Below are positions 1 through 8,685 of a stretch of 64,000 nucleotides of DNA, one piece after another; position 1 is the first letter of the stretch, and every line of letters begins with the position of its first letter. Location of the stretch: positions 1 through 64,000 of the IMG/VR virus record IMGVR_UViG_3300034104_005002; one strand, 5' to 3'. Under the pieces are notes generated by a model. The model saw nothing but the letters and a program-made list of their open reading frames with translations. It was not told where the DNA came from and ran no database searches. This stretch comes from a virus. The position numbers and the translations under genes are program-made.

Positions 1-174
1 GTTATGTAATACATTTAAAAGGCGGTTCTCTTCCAATGTTAAGGCATATATTGTAGCATCCTGTTCATGGAAAAAGGTAGTCAATTTTTTATCACCATCA
101 TAAACCGCCCAATCATTACATGCACAAGTTTCGGGGTGACAATTGCAATAGTTTTGTTTGACTGTAAACTTCAT
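1..174 (-). CDS. Hypothetical protein, 3' end outside the window (MKFTVKQNYCNCHPETCAC...)
   Basis: Translated by hand; open frame from ATG at 174, overlapping the Thg1 stop; Cys-rich CNCHPETC motif. Confidence 0.5.
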   Translation of the reverse strand, partial: MKFTVKQNYCNCHPETCACNDWAVYDGDKKLTTFFHEQDATIYALTLEENRLLNVLHN

Positions 175-944
175 AAAATAAACCATTCGGGTGAGATTGT
201 TTCAGGCGGGTTCCAGACAGAAACAGTAGTTCTAATAATAGGCTCAAGTGGTCTGTATTTTTCTGGAACATCTAAGCATTGGGATGGATCAAGCAAGATC
301 CGTTTTCTTTTTATGTAGGTTCCGGATTTAAAGAACTCTGGTAAATCTTCCCAAGGATTTGCAATTTCTTTTAGCATTTCTTTCATTTCATTTCCAGTTT
401 TATTCTGTAACTTTTTATGAGAAAAGAAGTGCCTTGCATACATTGAAACGGAGTTCTTTTGGGCATCCTTAAACCGCCAAAGAAAGTTTTTATAAACATG
501 CTCTAAATCAGGAACAGACCAAACCCTTGCATCGAAAGTCGGATATTGACCCACTTTTTCAGGAAGAAATTTTTGAAGATTTGCAACAAAAAATGAGGTC
601 GCGGTTGATGCAAGAACAGAAGTTAACTTTTGGAACTTACCTGAAAACCAGAATTCCCTATTAGAATAATTCTCTTTATCAAGATACCAATAAAGAGTAA
701 TTTCGTCTGATTGACAATAACCCAAAAGAGCCTCGCTTTCATTTACCAAATGTTTGGTTGTTTCGATCATTAACTCTACAAATTTCGCATCAAAAGGTCT
801 TTTGAGTCCTTTGGTAAATTTGCTGAAGCATTTACCATCAATCCTTGCCATAAGGGGAAGAAAGGGATCGGCTTTTCTTCCGGCCTCAATTTGTTCTTGG
901 GATTTTAGAAGATCTCCTAAACTGTCCATAAAAATTTGTCTCAC
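171..944 (-). CDS. thg1: tRNA-His guanylyltransferase Thg1 / Thg1-like protein (3'-5' polymerase family)
   Basis: Motifs RIDGKCFSKFT, PFD, GYCQSDEITL, FSGKFQKLTS and FDAR; real start may be Met at about 929. Confidence 0.9.
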   Translation of the reverse strand: MRQIFMDSLGDLLKSQEQIEAGRKADPFLPLMARIDGKCFSKFTKGLKRPFDAKFVELMIETTKHLVNESEALLGYCQSDEITLYWYLDKENYSNREFWFSGKFQKLTSVLASTATSFFVANLQKFLPEKVGQYPTFDARVWSVPDLEHVYKNFLWRFKDAQKNSVSMYARHFFSHKKLQNKTGNEMKEMLKEIANPWEDLPEFFKSGTYIKRKRILLDPSQCLDVPEKYRPLEPIIRTTVSVWNPPETISPEWFIL

Positions 945-1005
945 TTGAATGAGTATAAGACAGATTTGATTGGAAATCCAATTTCATGGACAGTTCAAAA
1001 ATTGT

Positions 1006-1179
1006 CTACTTCTCTTCGACAAAGTTCTTGATCTGATCAGCCAGGGCCTGAATTTCTTGTGTTGATGGGAATGGTATATATTTACCATCCTTAGAATATT
1101 CTCTTCTATTGCAAAAATCTTCAGTGGCAATTAGTCTGGCTTCTTTAAAAATCTCAAACCGTAATTCGTAAGGCGTCAT
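1006..1179 (-). CDS. Small hypothetical phage protein (MTPYELRFEIFKEA..., 57 aa)
   Basis: Translated by hand; ATG to TAG open frame, below the ORF-track cutoff. Confidence 0.65.
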   Translation of the reverse strand: MTPYELRFEIFKEARLIATEDFCNRREYSKDGKYIPFPSTQEIQALADQIKNFVEEK

Positions 1180-1222
1180 AAAATTCTTCTGTGTTTGTGT
1201 GTATTTTGGACTTTTTGTCCAA

Positions 1223-1293
1223 TCGGGATGGAAGGTACTGCCCCCTCTTTTTCACTTCCCAAAAGTGAAGTTATACTTTTCTACTACATCCCG
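1223..1293 (-). tRNA. tRNA-Pro(UGG), non-canonical D and T loops
   Basis: Acceptor stem CGGGATG/CATCCCG, discriminator A, anticodon stem TCACT/AGTGA with loop TTTGGGA, T stem GAGGG/CCTTC; T loop is GGCAGTA; no encoded CCA. Confidence 0.75.
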
Positions 1294-1332
1294 TTACAGT
1301 CTATATAGGTCAGAACTCCCAATAAAAACCAA

Positions 1333-2037
1333 ATGATTTACGACACCATTTTTGTTTCTGATGTCCATCTTGGAACGAACAGATGTAATTCTAAAAAATT
1401 CCTAAACTTCCTAAAAACCATAAAAACCAAAAAACTCATAATGGTTGGTGACATAATTGACATATACTGTATGGAGAAGCATGGGACACCATGGGAAAAA
1501 GAGCACACTGAATGTATTCATGAAATCCTAAATCACCTAAAAAATGGAACCGAACTTATTTACATTTTAGGTAACCACGAAGGAGAAATCCGGAGATATT
1601 GTAATTTTGAGCATAAAAACTTTCAAATGGTTGATGAGTACAACCACATTGATTCTAAAGGTAAAAAGTTTTTATGTGTTCATGGCGACAAATACTCCCA
1701 ATACTCGTCTGGTTCATGGAAACAATTAATTTTCAATAAAGGGTATGAATTTATAACTCCCTTAAGTGTATGGTTAAATCGATTTTTTAGATTCTCCTTG
1801 GTGTACTTTTTAAAAAATACCATAAACGGCAAAAAATACATAGACAAATATGAAAACGATATTACAAATTATTGCAGACAAAGAAAAGAAAATTTTGATG
1901 GTGTAATTTGTGGACATATTCACCACAACAACATAAGAAAATTTGATGACATTACTTACATGTGTTGTGGAGATTTTGTCGATACCTGTTCGGCAATTGT
2001 CGAACGAGATGGTGATTATTATAGCATTTACTTTTGA
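1333..2037 (+). CDS. Calcineurin-like metallophosphoesterase, LpxH / UDP-2,3-diacylglucosamine hydrolase-like
   Basis: SDVHLG, GDIID, GNHE, HGD and GHIH metal-binding motifs. Confidence 0.85.
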   Translation: MIYDTIFVSDVHLGTNRCNSKKFLNFLKTIKTKKLIMVGDIIDIYCMEKHGTPWEKEHTECIHEILNHLKNGTELIYILGNHEGEIRRYCNFEHKNFQMVDEYNHIDSKGKKFLCVHGDKYSQYSSGSWKQLIFNKGYEFITPLSVWLNRFFRFSLVYFLKNTINGKKYIDKYENDITNYCRQRKENFDGVICGHIHHNNIRKFDDITYMCCGDFVDTCSAIVERDGDYYSIYF

Positions 2038-2480
2038 TCCGGATTGACCCACGGGGCCTTTATGCCCATTTCCCCACCTAAAAGACCTTGGGCATTGCTT
2101 CCATCAGGCTCCTTATCATAAAAAACAGCACCCTTAACAATTTTCTTTTGTTCTTCAGAATAATCACCAGACTCAATCTCTGTTAAGATAGTCTCATTGA
2201 ACATATTAACCGGTTCGGGTTCTTCTAATTTCTCATATTTTTCTATGGCCTTATCCACATCTCTCTCAACCCTTTGATCAAGAAGTTCTGGAGTTTTGAT
2301 AATATACTCATTGAGCGTATCATCAATCCAGCCCCTTTTTAAAAATTCCCTTTGAATTTCATCAATCAATGGCCATAATTTATCCTTGGGGATCTTAAAG
2401 ACCCTAGAAATAAACTCAATAATAGCCTCAATAATAAGACTAATTTTTGCCCAGTCAAAGATAGTTCTTTTGGTTTTCAT
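2028..2480 (-). CDS. Hypothetical protein
   Basis: 150 aa ORF on the dominant strand. Confidence 0.6.
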   Translation of the reverse strand: MKTKRTIFDWAKISLIIEAIIEFISRVFKIPKDKLWPLIDEIQREFLKRGWIDDTLNEYIIKTPELLDQRVERDVDKAIEKYEKLEEPEPVNMFNETILTEIESGDYSEEQKKIVKGAVFYDKEPDGSNAQGLLGGEMGIKAPWVNPDQK

Positions 2481-2587
2481 GGGTCCAAAAATCGTCGTGG
2501 ATCATGTCATCATCATAAGGCTCATGCATAAGTTCTTGCACTTTTAAATGCCAGACTCTCTCAAACAAATCCCTATAATCTTCTTCT

Positions 2588-2734
2588 TCAATCATCATTT
2601 AATAATTTCTCTAATGGATCACCACCGCCTTTTAATATCTGACAGGCCCGTTTGTAATACATGTTATTCGTATTTCCGGATGCCTCCATGGCTTCTTTTA
2701 CTTTCTTCCAATTGTCTCTGGTTGTTTGATCCAT
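2588..2734 (-). CDS. Small hypothetical protein (MDQTTRDNWKKVKEAMEASGNTNNMYYKRA...)
   Basis: Translated by hand; 48 aa, packed against the upstream gene. Confidence 0.6.
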   Translation of the reverse strand: MDQTTRDNWKKVKEAMEASGNTNNMYYKRACQILKGGGDPLEKLLNDD

Positions 2735-2735
2735 T

Positions 2736-3107
2736 CTAGTACCCGTGGTTTTCGATGGTTTTTGTATAATGTCTCATAATTTCACCAGCAACGGAATTGG
2801 CCTCATTTTCGCAATTTGATCCAGATGTTGGATCTAATTCTGCCCCTGAAATTTTCTGTTTGTAATGAACCATCTCATGGGATAGGGTCCGAAAGACGTC
2901 TAGAGGATGGCGATTGGCCACCTGGATCTTTATAATATCATTTTCAAGATCAAAGCACCCAAAAGTTTTGTTGTTTATAGAAAATTGTGGATCGTTAATT
3001 ACAACAATTTCAGGTAAAGAATCCAGGTCAAGATAATTCTTTACAAATTTTGCAAAAGACATAATTTGTTTTTCTTTAGATTCTAACAGAAATTGTTTAT
3101 AGAGCAT
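2736..3107 (-). CDS. Putative zinc metallopeptidase-like protein (HExxH)
   Basis: RTLSHEMVHYKQ followed by ENEAN; late promoter TAAATA upstream (3117-3122). Confidence 0.65.
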   Translation of the reverse strand: MLYKQFLLESKEKQIMSFAKFVKNYLDLDSLPEIVVINDPQFSINNKTFGCFDLENDIIKIQVANRHPLDVFRTLSHEMVHYKQKISGAELDPTSGSNCENEANSVAGEIMRHYTKTIENHGY

Positions 3108-3119
3108 TTTTAATTCTAT

Positions 3120-3356
3120 TTATCGAACCTCAAAGTCCAGTCTTTTTACTCCTCGTTGTTTCCTTTCCTCTTGCCACATAAGATCCGAATTGGTCAGATG
3201 CTTATTTGAGGCCTTTTCATAAGTCTCAAGCATAACCACCTGAGACAGATCCAGGGCCGTGATTTTATCGTTGCGGATAGATGCCATATTTGGACACCCG
3301 CAGGTTCCAGAACCATGTACCTCATTTCCACACATTCTACATCTAATTTTAAGCAT
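3120..3356 (-). CDS. Hypothetical Zn-finger-like protein
   Basis: CRMC and CGC motifs; TAAATA upstream. Confidence 0.6.
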   Translation of the reverse strand: MLKIRCRMCGNEVHGSGTCGCPNMASIRNDKITALDLSQVVMLETYEKASNKHLTNSDLMWQEERKQRGVKRLDFEVR

Positions 3357-3395
3357 AAAAAATACCTCAAGTTATTTAAACCTGAGGTATTTATA

Positions 3396-5735
3396 TCACT
3401 CTGCTTTAGCGAAGAAATTGTGCAAGCATTGGCTTGCATTAATTCTTACATGCTCAAGAGTATAATCAACCAAAAGTTGACCATTCTCATAAATAGTTAC
3501 TAACTCGTCTTTATTCCAGGGTCTTTCTGGAACAGTCTGATATTCTCCTTGTTCATTTTTGATGAGCTGAAGTCTACCTTTTTTAGATGTTTTGCCTGGG
3601 TCGGTTACAGGGTCTTTATAAACGTCACGCCAGGTTCCGTTTACATTTACCGAACTGCACTTCATTGCGAATTTAAAATCATCACGATTTACGTGTTGAA
3701 GCAATCCGCCACCTTGACCGAAGGCAATGTTATCCGAACTGTATCCATTTGCTTCTAGAACGTGAAGAACCCGGTCAATAGTTTCATAATTCACACCGTC
3801 CCCTTGAATGAGTCTGACGTGATTTAGAACCTTATAACCCTTAGAGTTCATAGTACTTCCAAAGTGATTATCCAAAAGTTGGGCGCACTTTAGATTGACT
3901 TCTACTGGGTCCCCAGAATTACCAGAAACCGCGATTCCCCTATTCCTTTTTACTAGAACCATTCCACTAGGAACTTTAACGCAATGTATAGTTCCTTTAT
4001 AATTTACTTTAGTTTTAGTAATAGATTGCCCACCAGCATAGGGAGTATCTAATATGTGGGTAGTATAGACTGTAGAGAAATGTGGTTTTCTATTGTCCTC
4101 CGCTACTGAAATTAAAACCCCCTTCCCAGCTGAAATAGAAATGTATTCTACTACATCCACGTTAGATTTGATAGTGGTATCATACTTAAATCTACCATCG
4201 TTTCTAATGGACGAATCCCAATGCTTCAATTCTTCGATGAATTGTTCACACCAATTGCCATCTAAATTAGAAATGTCAACCCAATCAAATGTTTTAGATA
4301 CTAAATTATCTATGGGAACTGAAATAGTTATAGTAGATTGACCTTTTCTACTAGTAAGATAATACACATTAAATTTATAATCTAGATTATTAAGTATATT
4401 AAGTAATCTGTTGTGCTTTCGTTCCTTTTGAAAATTAAATTCTATTTTATAATTCATTGAAGATGCTTTTTTAATACATCCATCTGCTTGTAGAGCGATT
4501 AAAAATCTCTCATGCCAAGTTAGTTGTTTTCCGGATGTCTTTGCTTTTGCTGAACGCAATTTTCTATAAGCCCAATTTCCTGGTTTATAATCTTGAGCCT
4601 CTTGTATACGAATTTTATCATTTCGATCAATAGTTACCACCCTATGATTGGGTGTAACTAATAGATCAATTTTACCATGAAAATCACGAATTTCATACAT
4701 ATCCCCCTCATATTGTTCATTTACAATTTTAAGAGGTTTAACAAATTCATAAGTCATGTCATCATTAACTTGTGCAACTAGATCGTTCTCTGTTAGGTTA
4801 GAAAAATATTTCCATCCACTAGGAGTCAAAATCTGCGTCTGATCGTCGTAGCAATCAGGCCTGACCACCAAGGTAGCCCCAGATTCAATTACTTGTTCTT
4901 TAAGTTCTTCTCCCCAAAGTTTATCGCAAGCATTGTAGATGTCATAACTATCACTTACACAAGCAATAATAGCACCCGGCCTCGCATAAAGATTCAACAT
5001 ATTACGATATGCCTCTACTTCATTTTCCTTACCCCAACTCGTGATAGTACTATGTTCTGATGCTGGAATACTGTAGCCCGCCATATCTTCGTGATAAAAT
5101 TCTTTACCATAAAGAAGCGCCGCAACAGTGTCGGTGCCCTTAAAATTAACTAGGTGAGCTAGTCCACCAATTCCTGCTGATTCATAAGAACTCACTCCGC
5201 GAAATCCAAAGTCTTGCATCTTAAAATCAATGAGATTCGGGTCTCCATTGCGGATAAGATAATTGAGAATAAGTTTCTTAGAATTATAAGAATTACTTGC
5301 AACAGTCGTTGGATACCAAATTGCGCGAAGTAGAGCAGTCTCTAAGAAACTAGTTAACCAATAGCAATTTGGGTCGGTATTTTCAATTGTAAGCAAAACA
5401 TTCTTGACAGGAATTACCATTCCTTCTGGAACAGCCTTGATTCTTACGGGGAGATATCCACCGTGCTTTTTGACAATGTATTCCCAACCACCGCGGTAGA
5501 AAGGTTCACCGTGAGCCTGAATAATTGCCTCGGCAATATCAATATCTTCCATCCTAATTGGTTTCATCAGATAGTCTTTTAGAAACATCTGAAGGCCAAA
5601 GAATAGCGTTTCATCGTGATGACCACCACGACTTTCAATGTAAGAAAATACACCTTCCGTCTGTGTGGGATATTGTGGAAACTGAGAATACTTATAGGAA
5701 TCCGAGTTGAGCAGTAAATTTTTGTTTAGGTCCAT
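3396..5735 (-). CDS. nadV: Nicotinamide phosphoribosyltransferase (NAMPT/NadV) precursor containing an intein
   Basis: DSYKYS, DFGFRG, IPASEHS, VSDSYD, split RPD|SGD, IQGDG, FGQGGGLL and KDPVTDPGKTSKKG motifs. Confidence 0.95.
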   Translation of the reverse strand: MDLNKNLLLNSDSYKYSQFPQYPTQTEGVFSYIESRGGHHDETLFFGLQMFLKDYLMKPIRMEDIDIAEAIIQAHGEPFYRGGWEYIVKKHGGYLPVRIKAVPEGMVIPVKNVLLTIENTDPNCYWLTSFLETALLRAIWYPTTVASNSYNSKKLILNYLIRNGDPNLIDFKMQDFGFRGVSSYESAGIGGLAHLVNFKGTDTVAALLYGKEFYHEDMAGYSIPASEHSTITSWGKENEVEAYRNMLNLYARPGAIIACVSDSYDIYNACDKLWGEELKEQVIESGATLVVRPDCYDDQTQILTPSGWKYFSNLTENDLVAQVNDDMTYEFVKPLKIVNEQYEGDMYEIRDFHGKIDLLVTPNHRVVTIDRNDKIRIQEAQDYKPGNWAYRKLRSAKAKTSGKQLTWHERFLIALQADGCIKKASSMNYKIEFNFQKERKHNRLLNILNNLDYKFNVYYLTSRKGQSTITISVPIDNLVSKTFDWVDISNLDGNWCEQFIEELKHWDSSIRNDGRFKYDTTIKSNVDVVEYISISAGKGVLISVAEDNRKPHFSTVYTTHILDTPYAGGQSITKTKVNYKGTIHCVKVPSGMVLVKRNRGIAVSGNSGDPVEVNLKCAQLLDNHFGSTMNSKGYKVLNHVRLIQGDGVNYETIDRVLHVLEANGYSSDNIAFGQGGGLLQHVNRDDFKFAMKCSSVNVNGTWRDVYKDPVTDPGKTSKKGRLQLIKNEQGEYQTVPERPWNKDELVTIYENGQLLVDYTLEHVRINASQCLHNFFAKAE
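3918..4853 (-). mobile_element. Cis intein (312 aa) with LAGLIDADG-like endonuclease domain in NAMPT
   Basis: Starts CYDDQTQILT, block B VTPNHRV, LIALQADG, ends HCVKVPSG...SGN before Ser+1; removing it restores RPDSGDP. Confidence 0.92.
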
Positions 5736-5737
5736 TT

Positions 5738-5780
5738 TAAACTCCTTAAAATGATAGGTTTAATTTCGGCGTCTATCGCC
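5738..5780 (-). promoter_or_regulatory. Candidate RNA leader element upstream of nadV (GGCG-ATAGA-CGCC hairpin plus TAAGGAGTTTA RBS)
   Basis: Same loop, same RBS 11-mer and same loop-to-RBS spacing as the nadM leader. Confidence 0.55.
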
Positions 5781-5812
5781 TAGTTGTGTTTTTATGACTT
5801 TAACACCTGTCA

Positions 5813-6304
5813 TTAGGGTTGATATTCAACCACAGTTACGTCAGCATAATCAGAAACATCTTCTGAAAACTGTTCAATCATTTTGGAAATTCTACTCCAA
5901 TCGCCACCAGCAAGTCCAGCGCCAATTTGAGGGAATCCAATGCTTACTTTTCTATGTGGTCCCTGTGTATAATCAGGGACACATTTAGAAAATAACTCTA
6001 AGAATTTTTCAAAGGCACCATATTCAAATACATCTTTAGTATTACTCATTTCATACTGAGTGTAGGCATTTATCACAGTAAAAATTGTTTTTCCTGTGTT
6101 TATTTGAGCCGTAGTAAACCTACCCAACTTTAATTTATCCCCCCTAGTTGTACACATATCCGCTTGTTTTACTTTGGGATATCGGTCTGCAAGTTGTTTT
6201 GCCAACCCCCCACCCATAACATTATAGCAGTTACAACCTTGAATAATAATATCAAAATTACCTTTTTCGGCAAGTTTAATTAGATCTCCTTTGATTGTTT
6301 TCAT
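5813..6304 (-). CDS. Macro domain protein (ADP-ribose binding or hydrolysis)
   Basis: IKGDLI, QGCNC..MGGGLAK, NAYTQ and FPQIGAGLAGGDW motifs. Confidence 0.9.
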   Translation of the reverse strand: MKTIKGDLIKLAEKGNFDIIIQGCNCYNVMGGGLAKQLADRYPKVKQADMCTTRGDKLKLGRFTTAQINTGKTIFTVINAYTQYEMSNTKDVFEYGAFEKFLELFSKCVPDYTQGPHRKVSIGFPQIGAGLAGGDWSRISKMIEQFSEDVSDYADVTVVEYQP

Positions 6305-6313
6305 AAGTTTACC

Positions 6314-7360
6314 TCAGATAAAATATCGAATAATTTGATAATGGTCTTCAAAGCACTCTCTTGGGTCAAGTTCAGAGAAAGGAATCCAGAATGCCTTATC
6401 AGCATCAGAACCACCTTTTACTCTTGGAAGTTCTCCATCAGGAAGAACAATATTAAAGGCATGAGTAATTGTTCGCCCTCGGCTGCTTCTATAAATATCA
6501 TCAAATACATGAGTATTTTTAATACATCCACGAAGAACCGGAGAAGGAACCTTAAGTCCGGTTTCCTCTCGGAGTTCTCGAATCATAGCATCTTCTAGGG
6601 AGGAATCGGTGTTTGCGTCTAGAAAACCGCCTGGCAAGGCAATCAGGCCCTTTCCAGGATAGGCATTTCTACGGACCATCAAGACATGACCAGATTGAAA
6701 CACTACAGAATCTACTGTAACAAAAATTGGTGGCCAGGGCAAGGAAGCATACTGAGACTTATATTTCTCGACAAATCTACGCTCATTTACGATATGATTA
6801 TGCCATTCAGAACTCTTCATACTATCAAGATAGTTAAAGATTTTTTCTGGAACAACACTCTTTACAAAATCCATATTAGGTTCTTCGACAAAGTAGAGTT
6901 CCCTGATCTGAGTTGCACTTAGATTTTGCTCAAGAGGAACCTCAATTAGTTCCCATTGTGGGAACATCTTCAGGTAATAAGAAGTCTCGTCTTTTTCACA
7001 ACCGATGATACCAACATTAGCAGATGGTGAAATAGTCTCAAGACAATATTTTACCTTTTCTTGAACTTCATTACACCACTTGGTATCACCATAAATATCT
7101 TCTTGAATTTCAATTTCTAGTGGAGCTTCTTCTGAAGTCACTTCTAAAATGGATTGCCTCAAGGCAGACCAGTAACTATGAGTATTCAGGTGCTCAAGAG
7201 AAATTTGAAATGGATTTTTGTAGGTTACTGGTTTATACTGAGAACCAATAATCATAATGAGATTATCAGTCAGTTCATATGCTCTTTTTACAATTTCTAG
7301 ATGAGCATTATGAAAAGGCTGAAATCTTCCAATAAAAACAATTGCGTCGTATTTTTTCAT
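6314..7360 (-). CDS. nadM: Bifunctional NMN adenylyltransferase / Nudix ADP-ribose pyrophosphatase (NadM-Nudix)
   Basis: IGRFQPFHNAH (HxGH-like), LSATQIR, Nudix box GGF...AMIRELREETGL, RSSRGRTITHA. Confidence 0.93.
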   Translation of the reverse strand: MKKYDAIVFIGRFQPFHNAHLEIVKRAYELTDNLIMIIGSQYKPVTYKNPFQISLEHLNTHSYWSALRQSILEVTSEEAPLEIEIQEDIYGDTKWCNEVQEKVKYCLETISPSANVGIIGCEKDETSYYLKMFPQWELIEVPLEQNLSATQIRELYFVEEPNMDFVKSVVPEKIFNYLDSMKSSEWHNHIVNERRFVEKYKSQYASLPWPPIFVTVDSVVFQSGHVLMVRRNAYPGKGLIALPGGFLDANTDSSLEDAMIRELREETGLKVPSPVLRGCIKNTHVFDDIYRSSRGRTITHAFNIVLPDGELPRVKGGSDADKAFWIPFSELDPRECFEDHYQIIRYFI

Positions 7361-7365
7361 GATTC

Positions 7366-7412
7366 TAAACTCCTTAGAATTAATTTGGTTTTTAGGAAAT
7401 CTATTTTCCTAA
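7366..7412 (-). promoter_or_regulatory. Candidate RNA leader element upstream of nadM (TTAGGAAA-ATAGA-TTTCCTAA hairpin plus TAAGGAGTTTA RBS)
   Basis: 8-bp perfect stem with ATAGA loop; mirrors the nadV leader. Confidence 0.55.
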
Positions 7413-7481
7413 GGTGCCTCTTTTTGAGGACCCTCCTAGTATATAGGAGGGATTTTCTGAATTTGTCGGGTTATGTGCCAG

Positions 7482-7640
7482 TTATTGAGGTGGCTGTTTT
7501 TTATTATACTCTAATATAACCCAATTCCGTAATGCATTGATTTCCATTTTTTCTTGTGGCGTAAAATCGTCATCCGAGTCCAAATAAAAATATAGTGCAT
7601 TGATGACAAGTTTTCTATCCTGCTGTGAAATAAGTGACAT
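7482..7640 (-). CDS. Small hypothetical protein (MSLISQQDRKLVINALYFY...)
   Basis: Probable true start at 7640 after a GGAGA RBS, within ORF-track call 7482..7730. Confidence 0.55.
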   Translation of the reverse strand: MSLISQQDRKLVINALYFYLDSDDDFTPQEKMEINALRNWVILEYNKKQPPQ

Positions 7641-7642
7641 GA

Positions 7643-8071
7643 TTAATCTCCCCAGTATTCGTATAAAAATCCATAATTTGTTGAATAGTGAACATGAAAA
7701 ATTCCATGTTGAATAAGAAACCCTGAACAAATTCTACATGGTCTGGCATCTCGGATCTCTTTTCCACCGTGCCCGCCGACCCGGCAAACAACAATAGTAT
7801 CAGATAATTCTCCTTTGGCCTTAATAATCGCACTAATTTCACAATGCAAATATTGCTTCATACTATAATCTTTTTGATTATAAAGCCTGGCAGTTCTCTC
7901 GGCGGCCCATTTTTGAATGGGATGGGTCTTTGTATAACTATTGGTTGCGGCAGAAACAATTTTATTCCTCTTCAGAAGAATCGCACCCATTCGTTTCGGA
8001 GGATCAGATGCTATGGCAACCGCAATTGCCTGATCTAGAATGTTCTTTTTTAGATGACTTTTTTGTATCAC
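7643..8071 (-). CDS. Cytidine/deoxycytidylate deaminase-family zinc protein
   Basis: HCE and PCRIC zinc motifs. Confidence 0.8.
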   Translation of the reverse strand: MIQKSHLKKNILDQAIAVAIASDPPKRMGAILLKRNKIVSAATNSYTKTHPIQKWAAERTARLYNQKDYSMKQYLHCEISAIIKAKGELSDTIVVCRVGGHGGKEIRDARPCRICSGFLIQHGIFHVHYSTNYGFLYEYWGD

Positions 8072-8358
8072 GATTTACCGTTCAACACATAATAAAAATA
8101 TTCCCTAGTCGCTGAGTCATTTATGACCATAAGCTGCTTCCAATATTGAAAAGGAAGACCGAGTTGTGAAAACCTAAAACGTAATTCTGACATGGCAATA
8201 AAACTAACGAAACCCAACAATAACACAAAAAAAGCAAAGTTGTGTAAAGAGTGGACAGTTTTACGATTGGCCATTAGAGAAGAACCAGAAGTGGTATAAG
8301 AAGAGTAAGATAACCAATAATTGCCCCAGAAACTCCTTGAAGAATCTGGAGCCACGTA

Positions 8359-8679
8359 CTATATTCGTCCATTTTGCCAGTTAATAATTTGCGAAAGTCG
8401 CTCGGTTGTAAAAAAGTCTTGTTTTAAGTACCAGTCTGCCCAGAATTGATGGCCCTTAGAATGATTACATTCACTACAGGCACAAACAATATTAGTGATT
8501 CGATCAGATCCCCCCTTAATTCGGGGAGTAATGTGATCTAAAGTTAGATTGTCTTCAGATCCGCAATATGCACACTCATAATTCCAATGTTCTTTAATCG
8601 AGTTTTTCCATTTTCTTTTGGCCTCTGAACTTGATGTTGCCTCTAAATTAAACATCAGGTCTTGATATGTTTCGTGCAT
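8359..8679 (-). CDS. HNH endonuclease
   Basis: CAYCG...LTLDHITPRIKGG...NIVCACSECNHSKG. Confidence 0.92.
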   Translation of the reverse strand: MHETYQDLMFNLEATSSSEAKRKWKNSIKEHWNYECAYCGSEDNLTLDHITPRIKGGSDRITNIVCACSECNHSKGHQFWADWYLKQDFFTTERLSQIINWQNGRI

Positions 8680-8685
8680 TTGGGA

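Noticed and set aside
8068-8355. 95-aa ORF from the track
   Set aside because: It spans a promoter-associated palindrome and overlaps a more plausible 32-aa hydrophobic ORF in another frame; probably only the last 41 codons (MSELRF...) are a gene, too uncertain to call
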